Source: Ignavibacteriales bacterium
Lineage (GTDB): Bacteria; Bacteroidota; Ignavibacteria; UBA10030
Direction: 5' to 3'
DNA: 64,000 nucleotides
Assembly (NCBI GenBank): GCA_026390595.1
Contig: JAPLFQ010000033.1
Coordinates: 26,574 to 90,573, forward strand
Shown: positions 49,670-57,998 of the stretch, one piece after another
How positions within the stretch are numbered: position 1 is the stretch's first letter
How the letters are laid out: every line of letters starts with the position of its first letter
Notes under the pieces: model-generated
Told to the model about the DNA's origin: nothing
Databases searched by the model: none
Seen by the model: only the letters and a program-made list of their open reading frames with translations
Made by a program: the position numbers and the translations under genes

Positions 49670-50892
49670 GTATTGAACGATCCATAGCGCTCAGGTATCT
49701 GATGTCCAAGCGAAAGCTCGGACTCGTTACGCTTATCTCATTCATCTCCGTTGTTGGAGTGACTATTGGAGTGGCAGCGTTGGTCATCGTTCTTTCCGTG
49801 TTCAACGGATTCAGCGGATTAGTCACCTCAATCCTTGTCAACTTCGACCCGCACATACGCGTCGAATACCAGAAGCAGGTAGACGCGGCCGCCTACGAAC
49901 CAGTGGTTAAGTTCGCTCAGACGCAAGGTGAACTCCAAGGCATATCCAGCTTTGCCATTGGTAAAGCAGTCGTTGTGTCGAGGAACCTCAACAGAGTTAT
50001 CAACGTCAAAGGAATAGATGTAAGTACAATCGGAGGTGTGTCCGGCCTCAAGGACAAGCTCGTTCTTGGCTCTCTCGACCTTGCCGGCCCGCGCAGCAAC
50101 GGCATTGTGCTGGGGATGACGCTTGCCGACCGGCTGGGCTCAGTGATCGGCGATACGGTTTCCGTGGTCAGTCTCGCTGGTTCTGAGGTCGCTTTGCTTC
50201 AGTTGGGGCAGCCGCTGATCCGGCGGTTTCACGTTGTCGGTATTTACGAATCCAACAACAAGGACTATGATTCCTTCTACGCCTACGTGAGCCTCGGTGC
50301 GGCACAGTCGCTGTTCGGGATGTCCAACAAGGTCAGCGGCGTGGAACTGCGGCTGAAATCGATAGGGCAATCGGAGTCCTTCAAGCACCAGCTGACGGCC
50401 CGGTTTGGGGACCAGTTCCGAATTTTGACTTGGTATGATCTCCACCGGGATTTGTATTCTGTGATGAAGATTGAGAGATGGATGGCTTATATCATTCTCT
50501 GTCTTATCATTGGGGTCGCATCGTTCAACCTTCTCGGATCTCTTACAATGTCGGTTGTCGAGAAGACAAGGGATATCGGCATTCTCAAATCGATGGGGGC
50601 TACCAACAGGAGCATCGTGAAGATATTCATGTTCGAAGGCATCCTGGTCGGAGTGCTCGGGAGCATGTTGGGTCTCCTACTTGGACTATTGGTTGTCTGG
50701 CTCCAGGATCATTTCCATTTGTTTCCCCTCGATCCCACAGTCTACATTATCCCAGCTATCCCTGTTGAAGTTCACATTCTGGACCTGGTGATCGTAGCGG
50801 TGACCGCGCTCGCTCTGTGCTCCCTGGCAGCGCTTTATCCGGCCAGGCGAGCAGCAAGCTTTGTCCCAGTGGAGGCAATCAGATGGGAATAG
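49666..50892 (+). CDS. Second lipoprotein-releasing system permease (LolC/LolE paralogue)
   Basis: IALRYLMSKRKLGLVTLISFISVVGVTIGVAALV. Same architecture as the upstream gene. ATGA overlap with its stop. Confidence 0.8.
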   Translation: MSIERSIALRYLMSKRKLGLVTLISFISVVGVTIGVAALVIVLSVFNGFSGLVTSILVNFDPHIRVEYQKQVDAAAYEPVVKFAQTQGELQGISSFAIGKAVVVSRNLNRVINVKGIDVSTIGGVSGLKDKLVLGSLDLAGPRSNGIVLGMTLADRLGSVIGDTVSVVSLAGSEVALLQLGQPLIRRFHVVGIYESNNKDYDSFYAYVSLGAAQSLFGMSNKVSGVELRLKSIGQSESFKHQLTARFGDQFRILTWYDLHRDLYSVMKIERWMAYIILCLIIGVASFNLLGSLTMSVVEKTRDIGILKSMGATNRSIVKIFMFEGILVGVLGSMLGLLLGLLVVWLQDHFHLFPLDPTVYIIPAIPVEVHILDLVIVAVTALALCSLAALYPARRAASFVPVEAIRWE

Positions 50893-51593
50893 TCGAAAGA
50901 AAAGTCTTGCTGCGCGCCGAAGGGTTACATAAAGAATATCCCATGGGAAAGGATCAACGCCTCCACGTGATCAAGGGACTCGACATGGAAATTCGTGAAG
51001 GGGAGATGGCGGTTATTGTGGGTCCGTCAGGTTCCGGAAAGAGCACTTTGCTTCACTTGCTCGGTGGACTTGATCGTCCGTCTTCGGGAAAGGTTGTCGT
51101 GGAAAGCCTTGACCTCAGTGTACTTTCTGAGGAAGAACTGGCTGGATTCCGGAATCAGACACTCGGATTCATTTTCCAGTTTCACCATCTGTTACCGGAG
51201 TTTACGGCTCTCGAAAATGTTGCCATGCCTGCATTGATCAGAGGCGAGAAGATGGATGAGGCGCAAGGGAGAGCTGTCATGCTTCTCCAAGAAGTTGGAC
51301 TCGGAGAACGAGTGGAACACAAGCCAAGCGAGCTTTCGGGAGGGGAACAACAACGGGTGGCAGTTGCCAGAGCGCTGATGAATGATCCACGGCTCGTGCT
51401 CGCAGATGAGCCATCAGGAAACCTTGACGAAGAGAATAGTCAGAGGCTGCATCAATTGCTTGCGGATTTGGCCCAAAAAAGAGGGCTCACGTTTGTCATC
51501 GCAACGCACAATCTAGACTTGACGAAGCGGGCACACCGGGTGCTGCAACTGGTCGACGGCCGGCTGGTGACAGGGCTTCGTGCACACTCATAG
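50883..51593 (+). CDS. lolD: Lipoprotein-releasing ABC ATPase LolD
   Basis: Walker A GPSGSGKST, ABC signature LSGGEQQRVAVARAL, Walker B LVLADEPSGNLD. Overlaps the upstream permease gene by 10 nt. Confidence 0.85.
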   Translation: MGIVERKVLLRAEGLHKEYPMGKDQRLHVIKGLDMEIREGEMAVIVGPSGSGKSTLLHLLGGLDRPSSGKVVVESLDLSVLSEEELAGFRNQTLGFIFQFHHLLPEFTALENVAMPALIRGEKMDEAQGRAVMLLQEVGLGERVEHKPSELSGGEQQRVAVARALMNDPRLVLADEPSGNLDEENSQRLHQLLADLAQKRGLTFVIATHNLDLTKRAHRVLQLVDGRLVTGLRAHS

Positions 51594-51613
51594 CTGCAAA
51601 GAGGAGCAAGGTC

Positions 51614-51643
51614 TTGACATTCACAAGAAATGATGTAACTTTA
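51614..51643 (+). promoter_or_regulatory. Candidate Bacteroidota-type promoter (TTG ... TAACTTTA) downstream of lolD
   Basis: TTG 51614-51616, 19-nt spacer, TAACTTTA 51636-51643. Confidence 0.3.
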
Positions 51644-51694
51644 TTTTTGACCCAGGCGACGGTTACTCCCCTGACTGTCGTCACGAAACGGTCA

Positions 51695-51726
51695 AGCCCG
51701 GCGTACCCCCCACGCTGGGCTTTTTA
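51695..51726 (+). terminator. Intrinsic terminator-like hairpin within the leader of the downstream small gene
   Basis: AGCCCGGCG-tacccccca-CGCTGGGCT followed by TTTTTA. Located 27 nt upstream of the AAGGAG ribosome-binding site of the 51753 gene. Confidence 0.5.
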
Positions 51727-51752
51727 TTGCGTTTGAAGCAAAGGAGAAGGTT

Positions 51753-52040
51753 ATGGCAAGAACAGCCACGAAAGTTGCAGCAAAAAAGAAGGCGCCGGCC
51801 ATGGCGCTTCCGTTTTCAACAAGGAACTATCAAATTCTCGGTTTGGGATTGGTCGTTATCATCCTCGGCTACTTCGCGCTTAGCCAGCCTCCCTGGGATG
51901 GAACTATGCCGCTTGTGGTAGCTCCGATCCTCCTGGTTCTCGGCTACTGTGTCATTATCCCGTTCGGAATTCTCTACCGGGGAAAAGCGGAACAGCAGGC
52001 TGCACCGGGTGCTCAATCTGAACAAGCGCAGCCAGGTTGA
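51753..52040 (+). CDS. Small membrane protein (95 aa, two TM helices, Lys-rich N-terminus)
   Basis: Strong ribosome-binding site AAGGAG 8 nt upstream of the ATG. The hydrophobic pattern fits a 2-TM protein. Confidence 0.5.
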   Translation: MARTATKVAAKKKAPAMALPFSTRNYQILGLGLVVIILGYFALSQPPWDGTMPLVVAPILLVLGYCVIIPFGILYRGKAEQQAAPGAQSEQAQPG

Positions 52041-52197
52041 TCGCCGCTGCTCCGGCGAGCGGGATGGTGGCGAGCAAGAACATCCACGCGTCGATTTCGA
52101 AATACGGAGTCTTGTTTTTTTCACGGTTTTTTTCTAAATTGAATCGATAAGCAACCTGCAGCCATGGTATGTCACTATCTGGCTCTGGCGTTTTGTC

Positions 52198-52269
52198 GGG
52201 CGTGTAGCTCAGGGGTAGAGCATCTGCCTTTTAAGCAGAGGGTCGATGGTTCGAGACCATCCACGCTCA
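52198..52269 (+). tRNA. tRNA-Lys (anticodon TTT)
   Basis: Acceptor GGGCGTG/CACGCTC, D-arm GCTC-AGGGGTA-GAGC, anticodon arm TCTGC-CTTTTAA-GCAGA, T-arm GATGG-TTCGAGA-CCATC. Confidence 0.85.
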
Positions 52270-52356
52270 CACTGGCAGATCAGAGACCGGAGATTGGCGT
52301 GGCGTCAGCCGGGAGCAGCACGTGATGTGGAGAGGATAGATTTTGCATTTGCCATT

Positions 52357-52440
52357 GCCCGGATGGTGGAATTGGCAGACACACCGTCTTGAGGGGGCGG
52401 CGCTCGAAAGAGCATACGAGTTCAAGTCTCGTTCCGGGCA
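52357..52440 (+). tRNA. tRNA-Leu (anticodon GAG), class II with long variable arm
   Basis: Acceptor GCCCGGA/TCCGGGC, 3-bp D-stem, anticodon arm CCGTC-TTGAGGG-GGCGG, long variable arm, T-arm ACGAG-TTCAAGT-CTCGT. 84 nt. Confidence 0.85.
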
Positions 52441-52491
52441 CTCCAACGCGTGCAGCATGCTGATTTGCTGCAACACCCCATTGAATAACAA

Positions 52492-52523
52492 CGTTAAGGG
52501 ACGGAGAGCTACTTCGTCCCTTT
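52492..52523 (+). terminator. Rho-independent terminator after the tRNA-Lys/tRNA-Leu pair
   Basis: GGGACG-gagagctactt-CGTCCC followed by TTTTCTGTT. Confidence 0.6.
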
Positions 52524-52786
52524 TCTGTTCTCAGACTCATTAAGGGTTTGCCCTCGTTGTGGTGTCCTCTGTCTCATGGTGCATGATCTGCGAACTCCTC
52601 ATTCGTCCATCCCTTGTTACGCCGGGGCCCTCGGTCGTGCCCGATATGTTTGGCGCTTTCTGCATGGGAAGAATTGCACGAGAGTGTCTGCTTGAGTGGA
52701 ATGGTGCCGCTAGCCCTATGTTTAATCGTATTCAGCAGGGTTACTTTTGATTTTGAGGCTCAGAACAAGTACTTTTCACCAGAAGA

Positions 52787-53059
52787 ATGCAGACCGGTAT
52801 GCATATTGTCGTTCAAGGGGTTGTGCAGGGGGTTGGTTTCCGGTATTTCGTCCTCCTTCACGCAACCCGGCTGGGACTTAACGGTTGGGTTCGCAATCTC
52901 TACAGCAGCGAAGTCGAAATTGAGGTCGAAGGCGATCGATCGATGGTGGAGGAACTGATCAAAGAAATCAAGATTGGCCCTCGATCTGCTCACGTAAAGG
53001 ACCTGAACATTGAGTGGCAAGAATTCAAAAACCGATTCAAGGGTTTCGAGATCCGCTAA
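52787..53059 (+). CDS. acyP: Acylphosphatase
   Basis: VQGVVQGVGFRYF ... GWVRN ... VEIEVEG motif set. 90 aa. Confidence 0.85.
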   Translation: MQTGMHIVVQGVVQGVGFRYFVLLHATRLGLNGWVRNLYSSEVEIEVEGDRSMVEELIKEIKIGPRSAHVKDLNIEWQEFKNRFKGFEIR

Positions 53060-53081
53060 ACCATTGGAACTCGTCCCGCGG

Positions 53082-53555
53082 GTGGGCATCGGGTATGATG
53101 TTCACGTGTTCGCTCCGGGCAGGAAACTCATCCTCGGGGGAGTCCACATTCCCTACCGGCTCGGTCTGCTCGGTCACTCTGACGCTGACGTTTTGCTGCA
53201 CGCATTATGCGACGCTATTCTAGGTGCGGCGGCCCTCGGTGACATCGGAAATCACTTCCCCAATACGAACCCCAAGTACAAAAACATATCAAGCCTCTTG
53301 TTGTTACGCAGTGTAGGACGGATGATCGCGAATCATGGATTTCGCATCGTCCATCTTGATGCCACGATCATATTGCAGCAGCCAAAGGTTCTCCGGCATT
53401 CGGCGAAGATGATCAAGAACATCGCCGAAGCACTGACTGTCGAACCTGGGCGCGTTTCCATCAAGGCGACAACGAATGAAGGTCTCGGGTTTGTTGGCAG
53501 GGGAGAAGGGTGTGCCGCTCTTGCAACCGCAACTCTTGCCTCCTCCAGAACCTGA
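53082..53555 (+). CDS. ispF: 2-C-methyl-D-erythritol 2,4-cyclodiphosphate synthase
   Basis: GIGYDVHVF ... GHSDADVLLHALCDAILGAAALGDIG. A GTG start at 53082 gives a canonical ~158-aa IspF. The track ORF extends from 53010, overlapping acyP. Confidence 0.8.
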   Translation: MGIGYDVHVFAPGRKLILGGVHIPYRLGLLGHSDADVLLHALCDAILGAAALGDIGNHFPNTNPKYKNISSLLLLRSVGRMIANHGFRIVHLDATIILQQPKVLRHSAKMIKNIAEALTVEPGRVSIKATTNEGLGFVGRGEGCAALATATLASSRT

Positions 53556-53564
53556 AAGCACTCA

Positions 53565-54191
53565 GTGGAAGAACTCATTCGCCACCTCGCAGCCATCAAC
53601 CCCGTTTGGGTGTATCTATCCGTTTCGGGATTCGCCTTTCTCGAAAACATGTTTCCCCCGCTTCCAAGCGATGTGCTTATCCTCTTCGTCGGTTCGCTCG
53701 TCGGCGTCGGGTCCGTTGATTTCACCGTCGCCTTGATTGCCACAACCCTCGGCAGCACAGCCGGGTTTGTTGCTATGTACAAGCTAGGTGACTGGTTTGG
53801 ACTGAGAATCCTGGAGACCGGAAAGATTCCCTTTATTCCAGTTGAAAACGTTCATAAAGTTGAACGATGGTTCAGAAAGTACGGGTACTTTCTCATCGTA
53901 GTGAATCGGTTCCTGACCGGTACGCGTGCGGTGATATCGTTCTTCGCAGGCATGTCGGAACTTCCGCTTACGGCGACAGCCAGCCTGTCGTTCGTCAGCG
54001 CTCTTGTGTGGAATTTCCTTCTCCTGTTTGCCGGAAAAGAACTTGGTGAGAATTGGCCGCTGATCGGATCTTACCTGGCGGCGTACAGCAAGGTTCTTAC
54101 ATTCGTTCTCCTCCTGGTCGTATTCCTCCTCATTGTTTGGTTTTTGTACAAGAATATGAACCGGACGAATGGCGCAAAGAAGTCGACTTGA
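53565..54191 (+). CDS. DedA/SNARE-associated family membrane protein
   Basis: 208 aa with DedA-family re-entrant helix motifs (FLENMFPPLPSDVLILFVG ... FLTGTRAVISFFAGM). Confidence 0.8.
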   Translation: MEELIRHLAAINPVWVYLSVSGFAFLENMFPPLPSDVLILFVGSLVGVGSVDFTVALIATTLGSTAGFVAMYKLGDWFGLRILETGKIPFIPVENVHKVERWFRKYGYFLIVVNRFLTGTRAVISFFAGMSELPLTATASLSFVSALVWNFLLLFAGKELGENWPLIGSYLAAYSKVLTFVLLLVVFLLIVWFLYKNMNRTNGAKKST

Positions 54192-54208
54192 AGTGATGAC
54201 TGACGGAG

Positions 54209-54802
54209 TTGCACTTGGATGAATTTCTCCTGGAGTTGGACCGAAGCCTGTTCTATTTCTGCAACCAGAGCTTGTGTAACTGGCTCTTCGACACCATCCT
54301 TCCGTTTGTTACCGATCTGAACAAGAAGCCGGTCGCACTCGTCATCGTTGGAATCTTGTGGTTGCTTCTCTTGACGAAAGGGGGGCGCCACGGCCGCATC
54401 GCGGCTCTGCTCCTCATTCCAACCATTGCGATCAGCGATCAGTTCAGCAGCTCCGTGCTCAAGTATTTGATCGAACGGGTCCGTCCATGCAACGAACTTC
54501 CGGATGTCCGCCTGCTCGTCGGATGCGGAAGCGGCTATTCCTTCCCGTCATCGCATGCCGTCAATAACTTTGCGGCCGCGATCGTGCTGGCGTACTTCCT
54601 CCCACGATGGACGTGGGCATTCTTCTCGTTTGCCGGTGTGGTGGCCTTTTCCAGGGTATACGTCGGGGTTCACTACCCGTCCGATGTTATCGGCGGGGCT
54701 GTGATCGGCCTGTTTATCGGCGGCTGCATCATCGCCATGTACCGCGTGGCGGAGGAATGGTGGGTGCAACGATACAGCCGAATGTCAGAGGTCAGGAAAT
54801 GA
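54209..54802 (+). CDS. PAP2-family phosphatase (undecaprenyl-diphosphatase-like)
   Basis: PAP2 signature motifs KYLIERVRP, PSSHA and YVGVHYPSDVIGG. Confidence 0.8.
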   Translation: MHLDEFLLELDRSLFYFCNQSLCNWLFDTILPFVTDLNKKPVALVIVGILWLLLLTKGGRHGRIAALLLIPTIAISDQFSSSVLKYLIERVRPCNELPDVRLLVGCGSGYSFPSSHAVNNFAAAIVLAYFLPRWTWAFFSFAGVVAFSRVYVGVHYPSDVIGGAVIGLFIGGCIIAMYRVAEEWWVQRYSRMSEVRK

Positions 54803-56487
54803 CAACGCCATCATCCGATCAGCTTGCCATCCACAGTTCCTGGCACCGCTTAGCCCTTGCCGTCGCGTCAGGCGTGATGTTGGGCATATCCTTTCCGCCA
54901 TCGCCTGTTCATTCATTTGCGTATGTAGGTCTCATCCCTCTCTTGTTGCTCCTCGAAACGCTTGACACAACGTGGCACAAACTCAAATACTCCTACGTTG
55001 CGTTCTTCATTCTTCACGCGCTGACGTTGTATTGGATCGGCGGGTTCGTCGTGGGAAAAGATCCGTGGATGATGATTGCAGGGGGAGCGGTTCTTCTCAT
55101 CCATCCGCTCTTCTACGTGTTTGTGATCTATCTCTTTGTCCATGTCCGGAAGCGTCTCGGACTTATTGCAGCTCTCGTGTTTTTCCCCCTTGCGTGGATA
55201 GCGTACGAGTATTCTCATTCTCTCAGTGAAGTTTCCTTCCCATGGATTACTCTGGGCAACAGTCAGGCGTATGATCTCCGGAGGATCCAGATTGCGGAAT
55301 TTACTTCGACGTACGGAATTTCATATCTCGTCCTTTGCTTCAATGGGTTAGGATTTGTTCTCATCTCGAACCTCGCAACCGGCAGATGGGGCTTCCGTTC
55401 CAGACCTTCTGTGATCGCGCTCGGAGTGCTTCTCGCGATATACTTTCTGCCGTGGCTCTATGGCAGCATCGTGATGAAGACGTACGTCGCAGAAAGCGAA
55501 CCAGGCACACTCAGCGTCGGAATTGTTCAACCGAACATCGATCCATGGGAGAAATGGAGTTCGTCGGGAGCCAGCCCCTGGGCCTATTATGAGAGACAGC
55601 TCGAGAACTTCGTAGGCGAAACAAAGACGCTCGCGCGGAATCGGCTGGATCTCATCGTATGGCCTGAGACGGCGATACCATTTCGGATTCTCCTTCCGGG
55701 CAACCAGATGTACTTGCATTGGCTTCGGCAGAACCTGGACTCAACCGGCAGTGCTGTTCTGACGGGGCTGCCCTACACCGTCTTTTACGACAGCGCACAT
55801 GCTCCCGTGACTGCATCCCATGATCCGGTTCGCAAGAAGTATTTTGATGACTTCAACTCGACCGCTCTCTTTGTTCCGGGTCGCGAGGTTGTTCCCGTGT
55901 ACAAGAAGATAGTGCTGGTTCCATTCGCAGAGCGCATTCCGTATGCGGATGTGTTCAGATTTCTCATCGAGCCGTTAAAGTGGAATGTCGGTATCGGCAT
56001 GTGGGGAAAGGGTACCGACACGACGCTGTTCGGGTTGCCGACAGCGGGGAAATCGGAGACGAAGTTCGCCTCAATGATATGCTATGAGTCCGTATATCCG
56101 AATTTTGTTCGCACATTTGTTCAGCGGGGGGCTCAATTCCTCGTCATTGTCACCAATGACAGCTGGTGGGGTAACACGCCTGGCGCATATCAGCACGCAA
56201 GTCTTGCCTCGATACGTGCGATTGAAAACCGGAGGTGGATCGTGCGCGCAGCGAATGGCGGAATTTCAGGCTTCATCGATCCCGCTGGCGGATTTCACAA
56301 CGAGACGCGGCTCTATACGACCGCAGCGTTTCATGGAACCATTGAGCCGCGGGCGGAGTTGACTTTTTATGCCCGTCACGGGGACATTTTCGCGCAGGTA
56401 TGTGCTTTGTGTGCGGCGGTTATCTTAGTCCTGACATTTCTCCCACAACGAAAGCCGAAGAACAGCGATGAGCGCATCGATCATTGA
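54799..56487 (+). CDS. lnt: Apolipoprotein N-acyltransferase
   Basis: N-terminal polytopic membrane domain plus a C-terminal CN-hydrolase domain (catalytic Cys in ASMICYESVYP, LIVWPETA). ATGA overlap with the PAP2 stop. Confidence 0.8.
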   Translation: MTTPSSDQLAIHSSWHRLALAVASGVMLGISFPPSPVHSFAYVGLIPLLLLLETLDTTWHKLKYSYVAFFILHALTLYWIGGFVVGKDPWMMIAGGAVLLIHPLFYVFVIYLFVHVRKRLGLIAALVFFPLAWIAYEYSHSLSEVSFPWITLGNSQAYDLRRIQIAEFTSTYGISYLVLCFNGLGFVLISNLATGRWGFRSRPSVIALGVLLAIYFLPWLYGSIVMKTYVAESEPGTLSVGIVQPNIDPWEKWSSSGASPWAYYERQLENFVGETKTLARNRLDLIVWPETAIPFRILLPGNQMYLHWLRQNLDSTGSAVLTGLPYTVFYDSAHAPVTASHDPVRKKYFDDFNSTALFVPGREVVPVYKKIVLVPFAERIPYADVFRFLIEPLKWNVGIGMWGKGTDTTLFGLPTAGKSETKFASMICYESVYPNFVRTFVQRGAQFLVIVTNDSWWGNTPGAYQHASLASIRAIENRRWIVRAANGGISGFIDPAGGFHNETRLYTTAAFHGTIEPRAELTFYARHGDIFAQVCALCAAVILVLTFLPQRKPKNSDERIDH

Positions 56488-57508
56488 TCTACGGAGCGAC
56501 ACCATCACAAAACCGACAGAAGCGATGCGCCATGCGATGGCTCTTGCTCCTGTGGGTGACGACGTCTTTGCTGAGGATCCGACCGTCAATCTTTTGCAGC
56601 AAAAGGTGGCTGCGCTTCTCGGAAAGCCTGCCGCCTTGTACGTCCCCTCAGGCGTCATGTCGAATCAATTGGCGCTCAACGCGCACACGCAACCTGGCGA
56701 TGAGGTGATCGTCGAGAAGGAATCCCACATCTTCAACTACGAGACGGCTGCTCCATCGATTCTATCGAACGTTCAGCTCTATCTTATCACGGGCGAGCGT
56801 GGCATACTCAAGGTTGATCAATTGCCCCCGGCCGTGCGCTCCGACGCGTACTACATGCCCCGAACGAGACTTATCTGCCTGGAGAATACTCACAATCGCG
56901 CCGGAGGGACGATTTATCCCATCGAGGAGATCAGAAAGATCCGGGATTTCGCGAAATCCCGGGGTATTCGCATGCATCTCGACGGGGCAAGACTCTGGAA
57001 TGCTTCGATGGCAACCGGAATCTCTCCTCTGGAATACGCACAGTACTTTGACACGGTGTCAGTCTGTTTTTCAAAAGGCCTCGGGGCACCCGTCGGATCT
57101 GCGCTCGTCGGATCGGATGAGGTCATTCAGCGCGCCCGACGGTTTCGCAAGATACTCGGTGGCGGTATGCGACAAGCTGGTATCATTGCGGCGGGGGCAC
57201 TGTATGCGCTCGAGCATCACATCGATCGCCTGAAGGAAGATCACGAGAAGGCCCGGCTCTTCGCTGAACGCATCGCCGTGAACCCGTTACTGGGAATCGA
57301 CCTCAAGTACGTTCAAACAAACATTGTCGTCTTTGATGTTTCCGCGACTGGAAAGACAACAGGTGAGATCCTCGATGCGTTGAGGGCTAAGAATGTGCTT
57401 CTCACCGATGCGAACTACACGTCTCTTCGAGCCGTGACCCATCTCGATGTCACGGCTGATCAGGTTATGCATGCGGCCGATATCGTCGCTGGTATCGCGC
57501 GATCTTGA
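56468..57508 (+). CDS. ltaE: Low-specificity L-threonine aldolase
   Basis: IIDLRSDTITKPTEAMRHAM N-terminus. PLP Lys in FSKGLGAPVGSAL. 346 aa. Confidence 0.85.
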   Translation: MSASIIDLRSDTITKPTEAMRHAMALAPVGDDVFAEDPTVNLLQQKVAALLGKPAALYVPSGVMSNQLALNAHTQPGDEVIVEKESHIFNYETAAPSILSNVQLYLITGERGILKVDQLPPAVRSDAYYMPRTRLICLENTHNRAGGTIYPIEEIRKIRDFAKSRGIRMHLDGARLWNASMATGISPLEYAQYFDTVSVCFSKGLGAPVGSALVGSDEVIQRARRFRKILGGGMRQAGIIAAGALYALEHHIDRLKEDHEKARLFAERIAVNPLLGIDLKYVQTNIVVFDVSATGKTTGEILDALRAKNVLLTDANYTSLRAVTHLDVTADQVMHAADIVAGIARS

Positions 57509-57978
57509 GTCCGCTCATGGAGAAGGAACAATTTAAATATCGTTCACAGATCCAGGTCAGGAGTTATGAAGTGGACTGGCAGGGGATTGTCCACAATACA
57601 AACTATCTCCGGTTCTTTGAGGTCGGCCGTATAGAGGACCTGAAGCACATTGGCGCGACCGTCGATATGAAATCGATACAAGGCAACGGCAAGATCGTGC
57701 TTGTGCGAAATGAAATTGATTACCTCTCTCCGGCGTCTTTTGATGAATTGCTGAATGTGTCTACGCGTGTTTCCCTTGTGAAGAACACGAGTTTCATCAT
57801 GGAAGGCCTGATGGAACGAGCGCACGGGGGACAGGTGGTGTCCAGCAATGTCGCATTTCATGTATGGCTCGACCCGGACACTGACCGTCCGATAACCATC
57901 CCTGATGAATTTCGCAAACTCGTACAGAACTTCGAGGGAGAGCAGTGCCAGATCATCTGGCCATCGCTCGATGTGTAG
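57505..57978 (+). CDS. Acyl-CoA thioesterase, hot-dog fold (YbgC/4HBT-like)
   Basis: 157 aa. The QIQVRSYEVDWQGIVHNTNYLRFFEVGRIE pattern is typical of 4HBT thioesterases. Confidence 0.7.
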   Translation: MSPLMEKEQFKYRSQIQVRSYEVDWQGIVHNTNYLRFFEVGRIEDLKHIGATVDMKSIQGNGKIVLVRNEIDYLSPASFDELLNVSTRVSLVKNTSFIMEGLMERAHGGQVVSSNVAFHVWLDPDTDRPITIPDEFRKLVQNFEGEQCQIIWPSLDV

Positions 57979-57998
57979 TTGACCCGGTCACTATCTCA

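Noticed and set aside
51655-51730. Fluoride (crcB) riboswitch in the leader at 51655-51730
   Set aside because: It has GGCGA..GG, ACUCC and AAAC elements reminiscent of the crcB motif. Their order is wrong (ACUCC lies in the P1 loop, not the 3' tail), and the conserved AAUGA is missing.
52441-52786. Possible tmRNA or SRP RNA in the 345-bp gap after tRNA-Leu
   Set aside because: No tRNA-like 3' end (T-arm GGTTCGAATCC ... CCA) and no tag-peptide reading frame. No SRP domain IV GGAAGCAGCCA-type motif.
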